Under the pieces are notes generated by a model, which saw only the letters and a list, made by a program, of their open reading frames with translations, was not told where the DNA came from and searched no databases. Both the position numbers and the translations under genes were made by a program. Positions 10,163 to 19,562 of a stretch of DNA of 64,000 nucleotides are shown here, in pieces (within the stretch, counting starts at the first letter, position 1; the number at the start of each line of letters is the position of its first letter). This DNA is from Parcubacteria group bacterium (GTDB lineage Bacteria > Patescibacteriota > Minisyncoccia > Moranbacterales > UBA2206): the NCBI GenBank assembly GCA_041674205.1, contig JBAYWF010000005.1, positions 15,865 to 79,864 on the forward strand, in the 5' to 3' direction.

Positions 10163-10975
10163 TCAATTAAAAAAACTTTTCCTGAGCGTCTTCACGATGG
10201 ACGTTTCCAATCGCGGACGGTGTTTTTTGAAATAATAGACCAGCGAGTCGTAGTAGTTCTGCTTTTGCCTTTTTTTCCCGTCTTCGCCATAGCTGCCCCC
10301 GCACTTGTGCAAGATTTTTATTTCCGGAAAATAAAAAACCTGCCTGCCTGCCTCCCGGATCCTTTTGCATAAGTCGACATCCTCGAAATACATAAAGATA
10401 TCTTCGTCAATCCCGCCGATTCCCAAAAAGAGATCTTTGCGCACGAACAAAGCCGTGCCGGCCACCCAGGCCGCCTCTTGCCTGTTTCCGCTCTCCCAGA
10501 TTTTCCGACTGGCGCATATCCCGAGATTATTCTTCAGTAAGTCCCAGAGGGTGATTTCCGTTCCAGCCCCCCATTCCTGGATTTTACCATATTCGGTCAT
10601 AAGACAACAACCTAGCGCGCCCAAACCCGCATTTTGCCTGAATTCTTCCATAACCGATCGTAAATCACCAGTGATGACTTCCGTATCGGGATTCAAGAGC
10701 CACAGATATTCGCCGGAAGCCTCCCACGCCCCGACATTGTTCCCTTGTCCGAAGCCGCCGTTTTTCGAACTCACGATCACTTTGGTTCCAGGGAAGCTTT
10801 GCCGGATCTTTTCCAATTTTTCCTCAGGATAGTTATTGACTATGATGATTTCAAATGACATTTGACCGCCTATCGTACGATAAATCGAAGCCAGGCATTG
10901 CTCCAGATAATGCTCGCTTTTATAATTCACGATGATGACCGAAAGGTCGTAATTATTTTCCTTGTTCGAAATCAT
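10163..10975 (-). CDS. Glycosyltransferase family 2 (rhamnosyltransferase-like)
   Basis: SVIIVNY, GFGQGNN, LLNPD, FMYFEDVD. Confidence 0.9.
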   Translation of the reverse strand: MISNKENNYDLSVIIVNYKSEHYLEQCLASIYRTIGGQMSFEIIIVNNYPEEKLEKIRQSFPGTKVIVSSKNGGFGQGNNVGAWEASGEYLWLLNPDTEVITGDLRSVMEEFRQNAGLGALGCCLMTEYGKIQEWGAGTEITLWDLLKNNLGICASRKIWESGNRQEAAWVAGTALFVRKDLFLGIGGIDEDIFMYFEDVDLCKRIREAGRQVFYFPEIKILHKCGGSYGEDGKKRQKQNYYDSLVYYFKKHRPRLETSIVKTLRKSFFN

Positions 10976-11813
10976 AATAAGCTTTCTGAACGGCTCGCGC
11001 ATCCTCATCGGGACGCAACGCCATATCCATCCGATTTTTTATTTTTCTTAATCCATAGTAGAGAGCGATCCATCCCTTGGCCCAAAAAGGGGTGTTTTTT
11101 TTGAAAAACCTGAGTCCGGAGAAAACCAACCAATATAATTTCATACCCTTCGGCGCTTTGCTTACCTCAAAATGGTAAATCACGCTTTCCGGTACGACCA
11201 GCATGGCAAAGCCGGCTTTTTTGGCGCGATAACTGAAATCGGCATCCTCCCAATACAAAAAAAACTTGTCATCCAAAAGGCCTATTTTTTCAAAAACGTC
11301 TTTTTTCACAAACATAGAGCAAGCCGTGACGAAGCCGCTTTTATACGGCGCACCTTGCCTCCTTTTTTTTTCGTGGTGCGTCTTCATAGCCAGCCAATCG
11401 ATCCGGCCGCCGGAAAACCAGACTTTGTCGGTCTTTTTCCAAAAAATAAGCGGGGACAATATGCCGGCTGAAGGATTTTCCCGCGCCGCCACCATCAGCT
11501 TTTTCAGAAAATCCGGTTCGACTTCGGTGTCCTGGTTCAGAAGCAGCACATAGTCAGCCCCTCGCTCCAAAGCATAACGGATTCCGACGTTATTGCCGCC
11601 GGAAAATCCCAAATTACTTCCGTTCTTCAAGACGGATACATCAGGAAAGGTTTCCTGGACCATCCGGAGTGAACCGTCTTGGGAACCGTTGTCAACGACT
11701 ATTACGGAAAAATCCGGATAATCGACGCCCTGTACGCTCTCCAAACAATTTTTCAGCAATTCCCCTCCGTTGTAATCCAATATGATAATAGAAACTTTCG
11801 GCCACGATTCCAT
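10953..11813 (-). CDS. Glycosyltransferase family 2
   Basis: VVDNGSQDGS, GFSGGNN, LLNQD, FLYWEDAD. Confidence 0.92.
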   Translation of the reverse strand: MESWPKVSIIILDYNGGELLKNCLESVQGVDYPDFSVIVVDNGSQDGSLRMVQETFPDVSVLKNGSNLGFSGGNNVGIRYALERGADYVLLLNQDTEVEPDFLKKLMVAARENPSAGILSPLIFWKKTDKVWFSGGRIDWLAMKTHHEKKRRQGAPYKSGFVTACSMFVKKDVFEKIGLLDDKFFLYWEDADFSYRAKKAGFAMLVVPESVIYHFEVSKAPKGMKLYWLVFSGLRFFKKNTPFWAKGWIALYYGLRKIKNRMDMALRPDEDARAVQKAYYDFEQGK

Positions 11814-11825
11814 AAAATCCGATTT

Positions 11826-13007
11826 TTATTTATTTATGATGCTTCTCAGATATCCGTAATATTCTTCGTTCTGACTGGCTTTATTGGTATATTTCATTAA
11901 AACCTTTTCCCTGGCTTTTTTGCCCATCGCAGTCCGCAATTCCCTATCTTCGACCAAGCGGCCTATTTTTTCTATCCACTCAGCAGTATCGCCAGCCAAA
12001 AATCCGTCAACCCCGTCTTCGATCGTTTCGGAAAATGTCCGGTTTTTCACCGCCACCGTCGGAACTTTTAACACGCCGGCTTCAATGAACTTGAGGGCCG
12101 ATTTGGATTCACAGAACGGATTGTCAATCTCCAACGGCGCCAGGTTGATATCGCATTTATATACATTGCCGTAATATTCGTCCCGTGGAACCCGCGGCAA
12201 GGTCTCAATCCGCGCACCGAATTTATTCAGCCTATCCTCGATATCCAGCGAACCGGCCAGAAGCAATTTCACATTCCCATATTTCCCAAGCACGGCCATC
12301 AGCGCATCCGTGATGCTGGCGAAATCCTTATTATGGGAAAGCGTCCCGCTATAGTAGCCCAGCCGCACGAATCTGTCCTTAATTTTTTCTTTTTTCAAGA
12401 GACGGCTAGCCAACTCCAATTCATGATCGGAAAGCCTGTTCGGAACGATAATCACTTTTTTTCCTTTTTTCCGCAACTTATCCCCCAGATATGAAACGGT
12501 TGTGGTGCAGGTCTTCACATACGGATCATTGACGATTTCCGCCCCGATCCCTTTTTTGTATTGCCCCTGCTCCACCGGATCCATTTTTTGGAAATAATCC
12601 ATATACTTCAGATATTGCGGATCATACACCAAATCATCTGTGTCAAAAATGATTTCTTTCCCTTGTTCCTTGATACACTGGACCATTTTTTCAATATTCC
12701 CATTCCAGGCAACCCGATGGAGCACGAAAATTTCGAATTTATCAACCAGTTTCGGCAGATTAGGATTGTCGGAAATAGTGGTAGCCGCCCTGAACCCGTG
12801 AATCCTCAATTCTTCGGCCGGATTGTAAGCGCGGTAGAACGCACTATCCCCCACGCCGCTGGAAATAAACAGCACGTCTCCGGAACCGACGAAAAAAGCT
12901 TTGACAAAAGTCACCAGATAGCCTGCAACGATCCTAGTGCCTCCCCATAAACCGTTCCTTCGTAACACCATCCTGACCTTCCCCAGTTTTACCAGCAATG
13001 AATCCAT
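11826..13007 (-). CDS. Glycosyltransferase (GT4-like, GT-B fold)
   Basis: FDTDDL, GYYSGTLSH, APLEIDNPFCESKSALKFIEAG. Confidence 0.85.
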   Translation of the reverse strand: MDSLLVKLGKVRMVLRRNGLWGGTRIVAGYLVTFVKAFFVGSGDVLFISSGVGDSAFYRAYNPAEELRIHGFRAATTISDNPNLPKLVDKFEIFVLHRVAWNGNIEKMVQCIKEQGKEIIFDTDDLVYDPQYLKYMDYFQKMDPVEQGQYKKGIGAEIVNDPYVKTCTTTVSYLGDKLRKKGKKVIIVPNRLSDHELELASRLLKKEKIKDRFVRLGYYSGTLSHNKDFASITDALMAVLGKYGNVKLLLAGSLDIEDRLNKFGARIETLPRVPRDEYYGNVYKCDINLAPLEIDNPFCESKSALKFIEAGVLKVPTVAVKNRTFSETIEDGVDGFLAGDTAEWIEKIGRLVEDRELRTAMGKKAREKVLMKYTNKASQNEEYYGYLRSIINK

Positions 13008-13032
13008 ATGTTCTTCGAAAGAAATAAGAAAA

Positions 13033-13890
13033 TTATTTTTTACTTTTTGCCCGATAGTATTTTTCTCTCGGATTTTCCGAACCAAAGTTATTGATTTGAT
13101 ATTTTAAAGCATCGAAGACATGCCAGCGCAAAGCCCAACTGCTGAAAAATTTCAAAAAACCCCCTTCACTCACCCGCTTGCCGTCCGCGTACACCTTGAC
13201 TTCGGGATAATAAACGACCCGAAGTCCCATTTTCCAAGCATCAAAACACATTTGGGTGTCCGTCATAAAAAGGAAGTATCTCTCATCAAGCCCTCCGACT
13301 TTTTCCCAAAAATCGCGACGAACGACAAAACAAGAAGACTGCAGCCAATCGACATCCTGGATTTTTGAATAATCCAGATGCCTCATTTCGTCATAAGCGA
13401 CCTTTTTTTTCAAAATCGGAAAATTGCGCAAAAATATCCTTCTCACTACTTGCAAATAAAACTTCGGAAAAGCCCTCACGTTCATAGCTATGCTTCCATT
13501 ATCATTCACTTGTTGCGGACCTAGGACGGCGATATCAGGATTCACATCCATATAGCCGATAATTTTTTGCAAGGAATCCTTTTCTCTAAAAATAATATCC
13601 GGATTGACCACAAAGACGTAATCGCCCTCTTCCCGGCCTTTTATGACATTATTTCCTCGGGAATATCCGATATTCGTTTCGTTGATTATGACTTCAACGT
13701 CCTCAAGACCGCCCAACTCTTTCCGTATCAACTCACCCTCTTCTTTCTTATGGGCGGTATTTTCGACAACGAAAATTTTATAGCGGAAATCTGCCTCCTG
13801 GGAAACGATGGATTTGATGTTTTCCACCGTCCTGTCGGCCTTTTGGTAATTAAGCACTAAAATAGTAGCTCTTGTTTTTTTATCTTCCAT
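13033..13890 (-). CDS. Glycosyltransferase family 2
   Basis: NIGYSRGNN, VNPD, GGLDERYFLF. Confidence 0.9.
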   Translation of the reverse strand: MEDKKTRATILVLNYQKADRTVENIKSIVSQEADFRYKIFVVENTAHKKEEGELIRKELGGLEDVEVIINETNIGYSRGNNVIKGREEGDYVFVVNPDIIFREKDSLQKIIGYMDVNPDIAVLGPQQVNDNGSIAMNVRAFPKFYLQVVRRIFLRNFPILKKKVAYDEMRHLDYSKIQDVDWLQSSCFVVRRDFWEKVGGLDERYFLFMTDTQMCFDAWKMGLRVVYYPEVKVYADGKRVSEGGFLKFFSSWALRWHVFDALKYQINNFGSENPREKYYRAKSKK

Positions 13891-13903
13891 AATTGGAATA
13901 TCC

Positions 13904-14746
13904 TTATCCTAATCTTTTTTTAACTATTTCTTTCAGTTCCTTGTTAAATTCCCCGATAGCCTCGTCAATCAATGGGTCGAATTTCCTGTATATCCCCTTT
14001 TCCTTGACGATCCGTCCCGCTTCAAGAAGCGAATCGAAAGTTCCCGCGTCCAGCCATTCCCCTTTGAGTTTTTCAACATGGAGTTCTCCCATTTCCAAAT
14101 ATGCCTTATTGATATCGGTGATTTCAATCTCCCCCCTTTTTGAAGGTTTCAGATGCTTAGCTATCCCGACCACCCGGTTATCAAAAACATAGGCTCCCGA
14201 AACGCAAAAATTACTCTTGGGATTTTCCGGTTTTTCTTCGATTGAAACCGCTACGCCTTCTTTGTCAAATTCAATGATCCCGTATCTTCTCGGATCATCC
14301 TCAACTTCCTTGGCGAAAACCATCCCTCCTTTTTTAAATTTTTTTATATATTCACTCAGATCATCCTCGAAAATATTGTCGCCCAGGACCATTATCACGT
14401 TCCCTTCATCGATAAAATCTTCCCCCATAATGAAAGCGTCAGCCAAGCCTCTTGGGACTTTCTGCACTTTGAACTCGATCCGGACTCCGAATCTCTCAAA
14501 AATCGAACCGAGCAAATTCAAAAACTGCCCGCTATGTTCCGGCGCGACAATAATCAGGATGTCTTTTACCCCGGCTTTAACCAAAACGTTGATCGGATAG
14601 AAAATCATCTGCCGATCATAAACCGGAAGCAGTTGCTTCGAAGTCGTCGCTGTCAGGGGGAAAAGCCGGGTATTCGACCCGCCAGCCAAGATTATCCCCC
14701 GTATCCGTTTAGCGTCCTTGTCGTGGTTTTCTTTTTTGCTATCCAT
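13904..14746 (-). CDS. rfbA: Glucose-1-phosphate thymidylyltransferase
   Basis: GIILAGGSNTRLFPLT..SKQLLPVYD, EEKP, RGEIEITD, WLDAGT. Confidence 0.9.
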   Translation of the reverse strand: MDSKKENHDKDAKRIRGIILAGGSNTRLFPLTATTSKQLLPVYDRQMIFYPINVLVKAGVKDILIIVAPEHSGQFLNLLGSIFERFGVRIEFKVQKVPRGLADAFIMGEDFIDEGNVIMVLGDNIFEDDLSEYIKKFKKGGMVFAKEVEDDPRRYGIIEFDKEGVAVSIEEKPENPKSNFCVSGAYVFDNRVVGIAKHLKPSKRGEIEITDINKAYLEMGELHVEKLKGEWLDAGTFDSLLEAGRIVKEKGIYRKFDPLIDEAIGEFNKELKEIVKKRLG

Positions 14747-14922
14747 AAAAACTATTTTTAACTTTTTACCGCATTGCCCCATACGCCTCAAACTATACCA
14801 AAAAATAGCAACTCCGGCAATTATAGCTATCCCTGCCCCGTATATATGGCACGCCAGTCGTCGGCGCAAACCGGAAGATTTATGCCGTTTTCATTTTCAA
14901 TGGAGATCCCGATAATCGATCC

Positions 14923-16167
14923 TTATTTCAACCCTTTATAGAGCGGGAATTTCTTGCACAGCACGATCACTTCCTTGTGGATCGCTTTTAACTTTTTTTC
15001 ATCCGTATGGTTTTCAACCACCTGGTTGATCCAGCGGGCGATCGTCCTGATTTCCCTTTCTTTCATTCCGCGGCTGGTTATGGCCGGCACGCCGATGCGC
15101 ACGCCGCTCGGATCCATCGGACTACGCGGATCGTCGGGGATCATATTTTTATTCAACGTGATGCCGACCTTGTCCAAAGCGACCTCCGTTTCCTTGCCGG
15201 TCACGCCTTTTGATCCGAAAACATCCACCAAAACCATATGGTTGTCCGTGCCGCCGAACATCAATTTGAACCCATGTTTTTTCAATTCGATTTCCAACAC
15301 TTTGGCATTGGCTATTATTTGCTTGGCATATTTTTGAAATGACGGCTTCAGGGCTTCGCCGAATGCCACCGCTTTGGCGGCAATATTGTTCATATGCGGT
15401 CCGCCTTGGAATCCGGGGAAAGCCGCCTTGTCGATCGCCTTGGCGAACTTTTCCTTGCACAGGATCATCCCGCCGCGCGGCCCGCGCAAAGTCTTATGGG
15501 TCGTGGTCGTGATTATGTCGAAATATGGCACCGGATTAGGCAAGGCCTTTCCGGCGATGAGTCCCGCGATATGGGCGATATCGAACATCGTAATCGCCCC
15601 CACTTTCTTGGCGATGGCCGCGAATTTTTTGTAATCCAATTGCCGGGTGTAAGCCGAAAATCCCGCCAAAATCATCTGCGGCTTTTCTTTGATCGCCATC
15701 GCTTCCAATTCTTTGTAGTCAATTTTCCCATCCGCCCCGGTTTTGTATCCGATGAAGTTATAGATTTTGGCTGAAAGGGTCACGGGATGGCCGTGCGTCA
15801 GATGTCCGCCGTGTGAAAGGTCCATCCCCAAGATTTTGTCGCCGGGTTTGAGCACCGCGCTATAGGCGATCATATTGGCCGGCGCGCCGGACAACGGCTG
15901 GACGTTCACGTGTTCGGCGCCAAAAAGCTTTTTGGCCCGCTCAATCGCCAAACTCTCCACGACATCCGTGAATTCCTGCCCGCCGTAATACCTCCGGCCA
16001 GGATAGCCCTCCGAATATTTGTTGGTCAAAACCGTTCCGAGCGCCTCCAGCACCGCCTCCGAAACATAATTCTCGCTGGCAATCAATTCCATCCCCTCCC
16101 GCTGGCGTTTGAGCTCGCCTTGGATCGCTTTGTAAATTTTCGGGTCTTGTTTTTTCAATATCGACAT
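14923..16167 (-). CDS. glyA: Serine hydroxymethyltransferase
   Basis: LIASEN, NKYSEGYPGRRYYGG, TTTTHKTLRGPRGG. Confidence 0.97.
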   Translation of the reverse strand: MSILKKQDPKIYKAIQGELKRQREGMELIASENYVSEAVLEALGTVLTNKYSEGYPGRRYYGGQEFTDVVESLAIERAKKLFGAEHVNVQPLSGAPANMIAYSAVLKPGDKILGMDLSHGGHLTHGHPVTLSAKIYNFIGYKTGADGKIDYKELEAMAIKEKPQMILAGFSAYTRQLDYKKFAAIAKKVGAITMFDIAHIAGLIAGKALPNPVPYFDIITTTTHKTLRGPRGGMILCKEKFAKAIDKAAFPGFQGGPHMNNIAAKAVAFGEALKPSFQKYAKQIIANAKVLEIELKKHGFKLMFGGTDNHMVLVDVFGSKGVTGKETEVALDKVGITLNKNMIPDDPRSPMDPSGVRIGVPAITSRGMKEREIRTIARWINQVVENHTDEKKLKAIHKEVIVLCKKFPLYKGLK

Positions 16168-16171
16168 AGGA

Positions 16172-17158
16172 TTATTTATTATTTTTTAAATATTCTTTAA
16201 GCGCATCCTTATATCCGCGCAATGGATTCAGTTTCGTATTGAGCAAAACCGAATAATATGGACGCTTGGCCGGCCGCAAGAATTCCGCGCCGCTGACCGG
16301 GATGACTTTCGTTTTCAACTTGGCCTGCCGGTATAATTCTAAAACGCCTTCATACCAGCTGCTTGGACCGCCGTTCGTAATATGGTAAATCCCGGACGGT
16401 TTTTTGGACTCGACCAATTCCTTGGTCTTTTTCGCCAAGTCCGGCGCGTAGGTGAAACAGCTAGTTTCATCATCCACGCCTTTCACTTCCTTGTTTTTCT
16501 TGCCCAGTTCCAGCATCATAGCGAAAAAACTTTTTTTCGATCCTTCCGAAGCGCCGGGCTTCCCGAACAGCCAGGAAAGCCTGATGATATAGTAGTCTTG
16601 CCCGTATTTTTGCACGGCTTTTTCGCCCAAAACTTTAGATTTGCCATAATTAGAAAGCGGGTTGGTTTCTGCTTCTTCGTCAAAACCGATTTGCGGCACG
16701 AAATTTTGGTGCAAGCCGCACGATCCGCAAGAATGGGTGCAACCGGCCGGTTCCGGGATTTCCGGCTGGCCGTCAAAAACGTAGTCTGAAGAGTAGGTCA
16801 CGAAAACAGCGCCGATTTTCTTAGCAGCTTTCGCCAAATACCCGGGCGCTTGGCCGTTCAGCTTTTTCGCCAGTTCATATTCCTGCTTATCCTCTTCGCA
16901 TTTATCCACCGCATTGTAGCCCGTGGCGTTGATGATGATGCTTGGTTCCAACTCTTGGATCTTTTCTTTCAATGTTTTTTCCACTGTAACATCAATATCC
17001 TTCCGATCCCACGCCGTCACCGCATAATCCGAATCTCTTTTAAAGACACTGACCAGTTCCTGCCCCAGCATCCCTTTGGAGCCGATTATCAAAACGATTT
17101 TCTTTTTCGAAGGTTTTTCCAAAGGTTGGACCTTCGGAGATACGGTTTTCTTAGCCAT
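16172..17158 (-). CDS. rfbD: dTDP-4-dehydrorhamnose reductase with Cys-rich insertion
   Basis: GSKGMLG, YNAVDKCE, SSDYVFDG, YGKSK, AKRP. Confidence 0.88.
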   Translation of the reverse strand: MAKKTVSPKVQPLEKPSKKKIVLIIGSKGMLGQELVSVFKRDSDYAVTAWDRKDIDVTVEKTLKEKIQELEPSIIINATGYNAVDKCEEDKQEYELAKKLNGQAPGYLAKAAKKIGAVFVTYSSDYVFDGQPEIPEPAGCTHSCGSCGLHQNFVPQIGFDEEAETNPLSNYGKSKVLGEKAVQKYGQDYYIIRLSWLFGKPGASEGSKKSFFAMMLELGKKNKEVKGVDDETSCFTYAPDLAKKTKELVESKKPSGIYHITNGGPSSWYEGVLELYRQAKLKTKVIPVSGAEFLRPAKRPYYSVLLNTKLNPLRGYKDALKEYLKNNK

Positions 17159-17170
17159 AGGATATTTTTT

Positions 17171-17878
17171 TTAATTTATTATCCGTTCCAGATATTTTTT
17201 GATTTCCAATTGTTCCGCGAACGTATTTCCCAGTTCGATACTGACGATCTCCGGCAGATAGCGGACGTATTTTCCGACATAGTCCAATTCGCTCAAATCC
17301 TTCAATTTATGGTTGCTGTAATATCTTATCTTCTTGCCGGTGATATAATTCGGCCACACCGTAAAATGATCATTCATCGCCGAGATATGGCAACAACCGA
17401 TTTTGTTTTTTTGTAAAATATTTTCCAATCCATCGTAACCTTTGTTTTTCTGGATCATCCCTTGGTCTTCCCAGTGCGAAACATCCAAGCAGACGCCCGC
17501 GCATTTTTCCAGACAATCCAGGAAAATTCCATCTATTTCGGTAAGGTTTTCGATGTACATCCGATCCAAATATTCCCCTCGGTTCAACATATCTACACTG
17601 GATGCATCCGGATGGAAATTGAAAACCTGCGTCCCGTACCTGCCGATCAAATAGTCGAATTCCCAATTTTCCATATCATCCCGCAGATGGACATGTGGTA
17701 TGTTTTCCAGACCGGTACCTTCCAAGAGGCCGTAAAGTTCCCGGCGTTCTTCCAGCCCCAAACATGTCGGGAACAAGGCCAACTCTTTGATGCCAAGCCT
17801 GTCGATTTCTTCCACTTTCATCCTCCAATCCGATCCCGGGGTCGTCGTCAAACCCGGAAGTATCAGCCGTTCCGCCAT
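17171..17878 (-). CDS. Hypothetical protein, possible xylose-isomerase/AP-endonuclease-like TIM barrel
   Basis: HVHLR, FNFHP, IEN, CLDVSH, HIS, SIE metal-ligand-like pattern. Confidence 0.6.
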   Translation of the reverse strand: MAERLILPGLTTTPGSDWRMKVEEIDRLGIKELALFPTCLGLEERRELYGLLEGTGLENIPHVHLRDDMENWEFDYLIGRYGTQVFNFHPDASSVDMLNRGEYLDRMYIENLTEIDGIFLDCLEKCAGVCLDVSHWEDQGMIQKNKGYDGLENILQKNKIGCCHISAMNDHFTVWPNYITGKKIRYYSNHKLKDLSELDYVGKYVRYLPEIVSIELGNTFAEQLEIKKYLERIIN

Positions 17879-17880
17879 AT

Positions 17881-18288
17881 TTACTTTTCTAAAATTATTT
17901 TTATATATTCCGCGTAATCTTCGACATAGTCCGAACGGTCGGGATTATAATTCGTCGAAGAGATGGCTAGCAAAACCGCATCGGCTGAAAAATCCTTGAA
18001 CTGATGCCAGACATATGGACCGACATACAGCGCTCCGGTCGGACCTTCCATTTTTATTTCTTCCAATCCTTGTCCGCGGTCGATCACCGCGGTGCAAGTC
18101 CCGTTTTGCAAGATGAAAAATTCTTCTTCAATTTTATGACAATGCGCGCCGGTGTCGCCGGTCGGCTTAGTGATAAAATAGACGCGCTTGACTTCAAATC
18201 CGACATAATCCTTGAGCTCCACCGGGCTCATCACGAAATTAGGCGCTTGGATTTTTTTTAACTCGACTTGTTGAAATTTTAATTCCAT
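17881..18288 (-). CDS. FdtA/QdtA-family cupin (dTDP-sugar 3,4-ketoisomerase-like)
   Basis: FEVKRVYFI, GAHCH, WH..FSADAVLLAISS..Y..DY. Confidence 0.85.
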   Translation of the reverse strand: MELKFQQVELKKIQAPNFVMSPVELKDYVGFEVKRVYFITKPTGDTGAHCHKIEEEFFILQNGTCTAVIDRGQGLEEIKMEGPTGALYVGPYVWHQFKDFSADAVLLAISSTNYNPDRSDYVEDYAEYIKIILEK

Positions 18289-18308
18289 ATTATTTGCATC
18301 AATAAAAA

Positions 18309-19388
18309 TTAACTAGACCTCTCCTGCGGTTTGTCCGTCCTTGTCACATAAGCGTCCATAAATTTATTCATTTCATCTTTCTTTTTCCACAAATCATCCA
18401 CCCAATCCTTATTATCCAAATACCATTGGACCGTTTCTTTGAGTCCCTGCTCGAATTTTTCCCGCGGATAGTCCGGCGTCCAACCGAGGCTGCGGATCAG
18501 ACTCGCATCGATCGCATAGCGCCGGTCGTGTCCCGGGCGATCGGTCACATATTCGATCATATCCTCGCCCTTGCCCATCAGCTTCAATATCATCTTGGTC
18601 AATTCCAAATTATTCCGCTCGTTGTCCGATCCGATGTTATACACGCGGCCCGGCTCACCTTTCTCCAGCATCAAAAGCAACGCTTTGGCATGGTCGCGCA
18701 CGTGGATCCAATCGCGGACGTTCAAACCGTCGCCATAGACCGGCACTTTTCCGCCTTTGGATAGCTTGAATACGAAAAAAGGGATCAACTTTTCCGGAAA
18801 CTGGTACGGGCCGTAATTATTTGAACAATGGGTCACCACAACCGGGACTTTGTGCGTTTTGAAATAGGCCCGGCACATCAAATCTCCCCCCGCCTTAGCG
18901 GCGGCATAGGGCATATTCGGTTCGATCGGAGTGTTTTCGGTAAATAACGTATCGTCGCCAAGCTCCAACGCGCCATACACCTCATCAGTGGAAACGTTCA
19001 CGAATTTTTCAATCCCATTGGCGCGCACCGCATCCAAAATCATTTGCACGCCGAGAGTGTTGGTCAGGACGAAATCCTTGCATCCGCCGTGGATGGAACG
19101 GTCGACGTGGGTTTCCGCCGCGAAATTTATGACATGCGTAATGCCATTTTCCCGGATAACCTTGTCGAGCATTTCCAAATCGATGATATCGCCCTGGATG
19201 AATTTATAATTCGGATCATTTTCAATGTCTTTCAGATTATTCAAATTGCCGGCATAAGTCAGTTTGTCATAGTTCACTATTTTATATTCCGGCCTGGCTT
19301 TCAGGACGTAGTGGATAAAATTCGAACCGATAAATCCCGCTCCGCCGCAGACCAGGACTTTTTTTTGAGTTTCTTGTTGTGGTTGCAT
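18309..19388 (-). CDS. rfbB: dTDP-glucose 4,6-dehydratase
   Basis: GGAGFIGSNF, DKLTYAGN, AAETHVDRSI, STDEVYG, CSNNYGPYQFPEKLIP, DRPGHDRRY. Confidence 0.96.
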   Translation of the reverse strand: MQPQQETQKKVLVCGGAGFIGSNFIHYVLKARPEYKIVNYDKLTYAGNLNNLKDIENDPNYKFIQGDIIDLEMLDKVIRENGITHVINFAAETHVDRSIHGGCKDFVLTNTLGVQMILDAVRANGIEKFVNVSTDEVYGALELGDDTLFTENTPIEPNMPYAAAKAGGDLMCRAYFKTHKVPVVVTHCSNNYGPYQFPEKLIPFFVFKLSKGGKVPVYGDGLNVRDWIHVRDHAKALLLMLEKGEPGRVYNIGSDNERNNLELTKMILKLMGKGEDMIEYVTDRPGHDRRYAIDASLIRSLGWTPDYPREKFEQGLKETVQWYLDNKDWVDDLWKKKDEMNKFMDAYVTRTDKPQERSS

Positions 19389-19562
19389 TTGCGTGTTTCC
19401 TTTATTATTTAGGTCTAAATACCGGCTTCCGAGCCGCGCTTCAGGCAAGAATATTCTAGCATAAATCCCGCCAACCGCACAATCCTCCGCTCCGGCGGCC
19501 GGAGCGGAACAAAAACCGGCCCCTCGCGGATGCCGGCTTGTTTTTCCAAGATTATAGAAATT

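Noticed and set aside
10339-10358. CCTGCCTGCCTGCC as an inserted palindromic repeat in a GT2 gene
   Set aside because: It encodes REAGRQV at the normal GT2 R.rkaG.kv position; no length insertion
14820-14922. GACGACTGGCG resembling the ZTP (pfl) riboswitch core near glyA
   Set aside because: It lies downstream of glyA (upstream of rmlA) and lacks the rest of the pfl consensus; a simple CGCC/GGCG hairpin explains it
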